Assembly (NCBI GenBank): GCA_002794465.1
Contig: MTSL01000169.1
Span: forward strand, 123,098-155,097
Direction of reading: 5' to 3'
DNA: 32,000 nucleotides
Source: Paramicrosporidium saccamoebae KSL3
Taxonomy: Eukaryota; Fungi; Cryptomycota
Shown: positions 28,753 through 32,000 of the stretch, piece after piece
How the letters are laid out: every line of letters starts with the position of its first letter
Numbering within the stretch: position 1 is the first letter of the stretch
The notes under the pieces: model-generated
Told to the model about the DNA's origin: nothing
Seen by the model: the letters and a program-made list of their open reading frames with translations, nothing else
Databases searched by the model: none
Position numbers and translations under genes: made by a program

Positions 28753-31137
28753 TTATAAAAGGCTAGACAGGACGGAGGCAAGTTCTTTAGGATTCTCAAC
28801 GTAGTAGTTGGCGGCACGCCGTTTCTCCATAGTCACTTTAAATACAGGCATCTCTGTGGGGGCCTTGAAATCGTCGAGACGATCATCGGTGCATAAGATG
28901 AATCCACAATTGTCTCCCAATTTCGTCAGATCAGCAATAATTCGATTCAATGCGACCGCATCGTCCACCAATGATGGCCTCAGGGTCAGCTTGTTCTTGT
29001 CGAGGTAAATCTACAAAAATTACATCTGTTGCCAGCCAGACGACTTACGGAAATTGGAACATGACCAAGCAGCTTTTCAAGGTTGGCTTGCAGTTCTGAG
29101 GCTTGCCACGCACCAAATTCCACATCAGATTCGCCAAAATCCCAGGATATCACCTTTTCTCCTACGTCCACAAATGAACCAGGTGTATGATCAGTGTAAA
29201 ATTTGAAGAGGGGGAGTATACGGTCACGCCAGCTTTCGTCGCCCAGCTCAGACAAGTGAACCCAGTCGTCGGCAAATTGCGGCGACGACACCATTCGAAG
29301 GCGCATATTTATGGGATGTCGGATGAAACATCCAAATTCACAGACAAGCCCAATATTTCCGTGGGCGAATGCAGTCTCAACAAGCTCACGAGGCTGAGTG
29401 CTGAACATGTAGACAAGAGTATTTGGTGCGTGGGCGAGTCTATTGAGAGCATCCATTAATTGTGGATTCAACCCGTCGAGTGCATCATAGTCAATAGCAA
29501 AAAGACGAAAGTCCTTGCAATCAGCAAACTGACAACGCACAGTGTCAGCGGTAAGTCGGGTTCTTTGTTGTGGACTGGGCACATGGATCTCAAGTTTCTA
29601 ATAGTATTACCCAACTCGTCCGTCAAATTACCTGTAGCTCTGATACAAAAGATTGTCCCCAATATGAGGCGGTTTGCTTTGTGACATATTTGAATAATTT
29701 CTGATGATTGCTGGTGGCGACTTCGGGAGAAGTGGTGAGCGCCTCACGATATGCTTCAACCAGTTCGTCAATATTCCATGGATTCACGATAAATGCTCCA
29801 TTCATGGACTGCGCAGCACCTGCAAACTCGCTCAAAATCAGTGCACCGTTCCTTCCCGCTTGTGTTGCCACATATTCATACGAAACCTAATGTTATAAGG
29901 ACGCGCGACTGGATGCTACCAGATTCATCCCATCTCTGGTGGATGTGACTACACAGACATCAGCAACTCTATACAAAGCAACGAGATCGTGGAATGATAT
30001 GGAACGATACAGATATTGGACAGGCGTAAAGTCAAACGACCCAAATTTTCCGTTAATCCTGCCAACTAGCTCATTCACAGAGGTCCGGAGATTTTTGTAT
30101 TCCTCTACTTCTGTACGAGTAGGGACAGCAACCTGGAGTAGCGCCACTTTTCCCTGGAATTCAGGGTAACGCGACAGGAACAGATCAAAGGCATACAGTT
30201 TATGCGGGACTCCCTTGATATAGTCAAGACGATCGACACCCACCATCAGTTTCTTCCCCGCAAACCTGGCTTGCAGCTCTTCAATCTTTTCCTTGACCAA
30301 GGGATCATCAAGGCCAGCCATGAACTTGTCGGGATCAATTCCAATTGGAAAGGTGCCAACATGTACAAACCTATCATCGTATTCTACGCCATTGGGCATT
30401 GTCTGCAACCCAAGGATCCGTGCACAGGAGCTAAGGAAATGTCGGGCGTAGTCGTATGTATGAAATCCAATGAGGTCGCACTGGAGGACACCAAGCAGAA
30501 TTTGCTTTCTTACTGGCAACACACGGTAAACTTCTGATGAGGGGAAGGGTGTATGCAAAAAGAACCCGATTTTTATGTTCTTTCTGTCCGCCAACACCTC
30601 CCTCAAAAGTGCCGGCAACAACATTAAATGATAATCCTGCACCCAAATCATATCGCCGTCTTGGGCAACCTGCTTGATAGCCATCGCAAAGGCCATATTA
30701 GCTCGATAGTATCCATCCCATTGAGTCTCATCAAAGTCAATTTCGCCAGGAAGATAATGGAAAAGCGGCCACAGGGTTCTGCAGAGTTAGTAAACAAAAT
30801 GCATCTACCCATTGGAAAATCCATTATAGTGAAGGTCGGCAACTTCATTAGATATAAATACAGGCTGGCAGGAGTAGATTTCCATCAAGTCTTTTGAGAG
30901 CCTTTCCCTAGAGTCTGTATCCACTTCAAAGCCTAAAGGTTAGCAATGTGCACTGATACCAGGCCATCCAATCCAGATAAACGACATGAGCTTTTTCAGT
31001 CCACTGAGAGCAGATACCAGACCTCCTGAGCTTGGCTCGTATTTCCACGGGTTCTCAGCCGCCTCGGGATTCTTCTTTATGGTCATGGGAAGACGGTTTG
31101 ACACGACTAGCAACCGTTCCTTGCATTCCCCCGTCAT
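28753..31137 (-). CDS. Trehalose-6-phosphate synthase fused to a degenerate trehalose-phosphatase (HAD) domain
   Basis: Six exons: 31137-30960, 30932-30809, 30778-29920, 29886-29632, 29597-29049, 29010-28753. Introns of 27, 30, 33, 34 and 38 nt; total 2223 nt = 740 aa. GT20 motifs SNRLP, GGL, WIGWPG, HYNGFSN.TLWPLFHY, QDYHL, HTPFPS, DRLDYIKG, DGMNLVSYEY. Confidence 0.92.
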
Positions 31138-31235
31138 AAGTCCGCCTTTGTTAAAAATGCAATAATAATGTTAGTTAAAAGCAATGTGCAGTGAAGCCTA
31201 TCATCGTGTAAAGGTAATCTATAAAGACCATCAAA

Positions 31236-32000
31236 TTAATTAGCTAAGCCTTGCGGTCGAGGTGGCACGCCCGTGGGAAAAAGGGACAGTAAAAATGTAG
31301 TAAACATTTCTAGCAGCTTGAAAAGAGGATTCGGATCCGCGCCAGGCTGCTCCCTGTTATTGTTGCCAGGTTCTTCCGGCACTTGGGGCTGGACTACCCG
31401 TCGTGCTTCCATGACAATTTCCCAAAACCGGTTTACACCACGGCCAACATTAAGCGGCATCACGCCTGCTTGTAGCAAGAAGACGACACCAAACACGGCA
31501 CACATTAATGCCACACGCCATTTATCTCCGCCCTGCGAAAATATCACAACAATTAATCCTATCCGCATAGCAAAGCCCAAGAATGCGGAATAGTCAAAAT
31601 TTACACGCTGCCACACGTTGGGTGGTCGTGGAGCAGCGGGTGGATGAGCGGCGGGGACGGTAAGTGACGCGTCTGCCATTGAGAATGGAAGGCGCTGGCC
31701 AGCAGGCAAGTTGACTCCTCGCATAACGTAAAATTGACGCCCATCAAAGAGCACAGCATTGGAAAGATCAGTGTAAACTACTTGACCACGATCATTTAAA
31801 AATCCATAGAAGCCGGGCGGCGTACGAGAATATTCTGGCGTAGCTGGCGTCATCGTTCTGGGTGGCGCACGAGGGGGCACTGTAGCAGTTACTGGTTGTG
31901 TTTCAGCATTAATCTCCACGCTTGGCTGCGGTTCAGAACCTGACTGCATTGTGGTATCGGGGCCGTGGTATTTTGCACTCTTTAAGACCATATGAATCAC
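31236..32000 (-). CDS. HERPUD/Herp-like ERAD membrane protein (5'-partial)
   Basis: IHMVLK resembles the end of a UBL domain. It is followed by a Pro-rich linker, a TM hairpin (MRIGLIVVIFSQGG.KWRVALM...LLQAGVMP) and a C-terminal FTTFLLSLFP..AN resembling Herp FKTFFASLLP..AN. The N-terminus runs off the window. Confidence 0.6.
   Translation of the reverse strand: MIHMVLKSAKYHGPDTTMQSGSEPQPSVEINAETQPVTATVPPRAPPRTMTPATPEYSRTPPGFYGFLNDRGQVVYTDLSNAVLFDGRQFYVMRGVNLPAGQRLPFSMADASLTVPAAHPPAAPRPPNVWQRVNFDYSAFLGFAMRIGLIVVIFSQGGDKWRVALMCAVFGVVFLLQAGVMPLNVGRGVNRFWEIVMEARRVVQPQVPEEPGNNNREQPGADPNPLFKLLEMFTTFLLSLFPTGVPPRPQGLAN

Noticed and set aside
174-31593. Dozens of 60-260 aa ORFs antisense to or frameshifted within the real genes (e.g. 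18486..19277, 22315..22953, 10868..11440)
   Set aside because: Shadow ORFs of long coding regions, with no family motifs and often non-ATG starts.
1-32000. CRISPR arrays, transposons, tRNA/rRNA, prokaryotic operons or an alternative genetic code
   Set aside because: The repeats are short tandem units without spacers. I saw no transposase/RT motifs or tRNA/rRNA signatures. All three stop codons terminate conserved genes, and apparent in-frame stops are explained by introns.

Overview
Very compact eukaryotic DNA, not bacterial. It carries about 17 protein-coding genes in 32 kb, intergenic gaps down to 8-36 nt, and 13 spliceosomal introns of only 27-38 nt that I reconstructed by hand; all 13 start with GTA. 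The ORF track splits or mis-starts several genes because it ignores introns and accepts GTG/TTG starts. Genes in order: DEAH/RHA helicase, seipin, Sin3, Yae1-like, archease, CCT1, ACC1, SLC18-like MFS transporter, mitochondrial phosphate carrier, HDAC3/Hos2-type deacetylase, GPATCH1, an orphan ORF, CNNM/Mam3, glycine-cleavage H, PGS1, a TPS-TPP fusion and a partial HERPUD-like gene. Fungal-type proteins, animal-like retentions (archease, HDAC3, Herp), full mitochondrial functions and micro-introns suggest an early-diverging fungal relative such as Rozellomycota (Paramicrosporidium/Mitosporidium-like); this is inference. I saw no rRNA, tRNA, CRISPR or mobile element. The best novel candidate is an unannotated CCAAT/TATA-driven, spliced 14-codon micro-ORF (MPPPYQTQFVVPLN) between seipin and Sin3. 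Family assignments come from recalled motifs; no searches were run.
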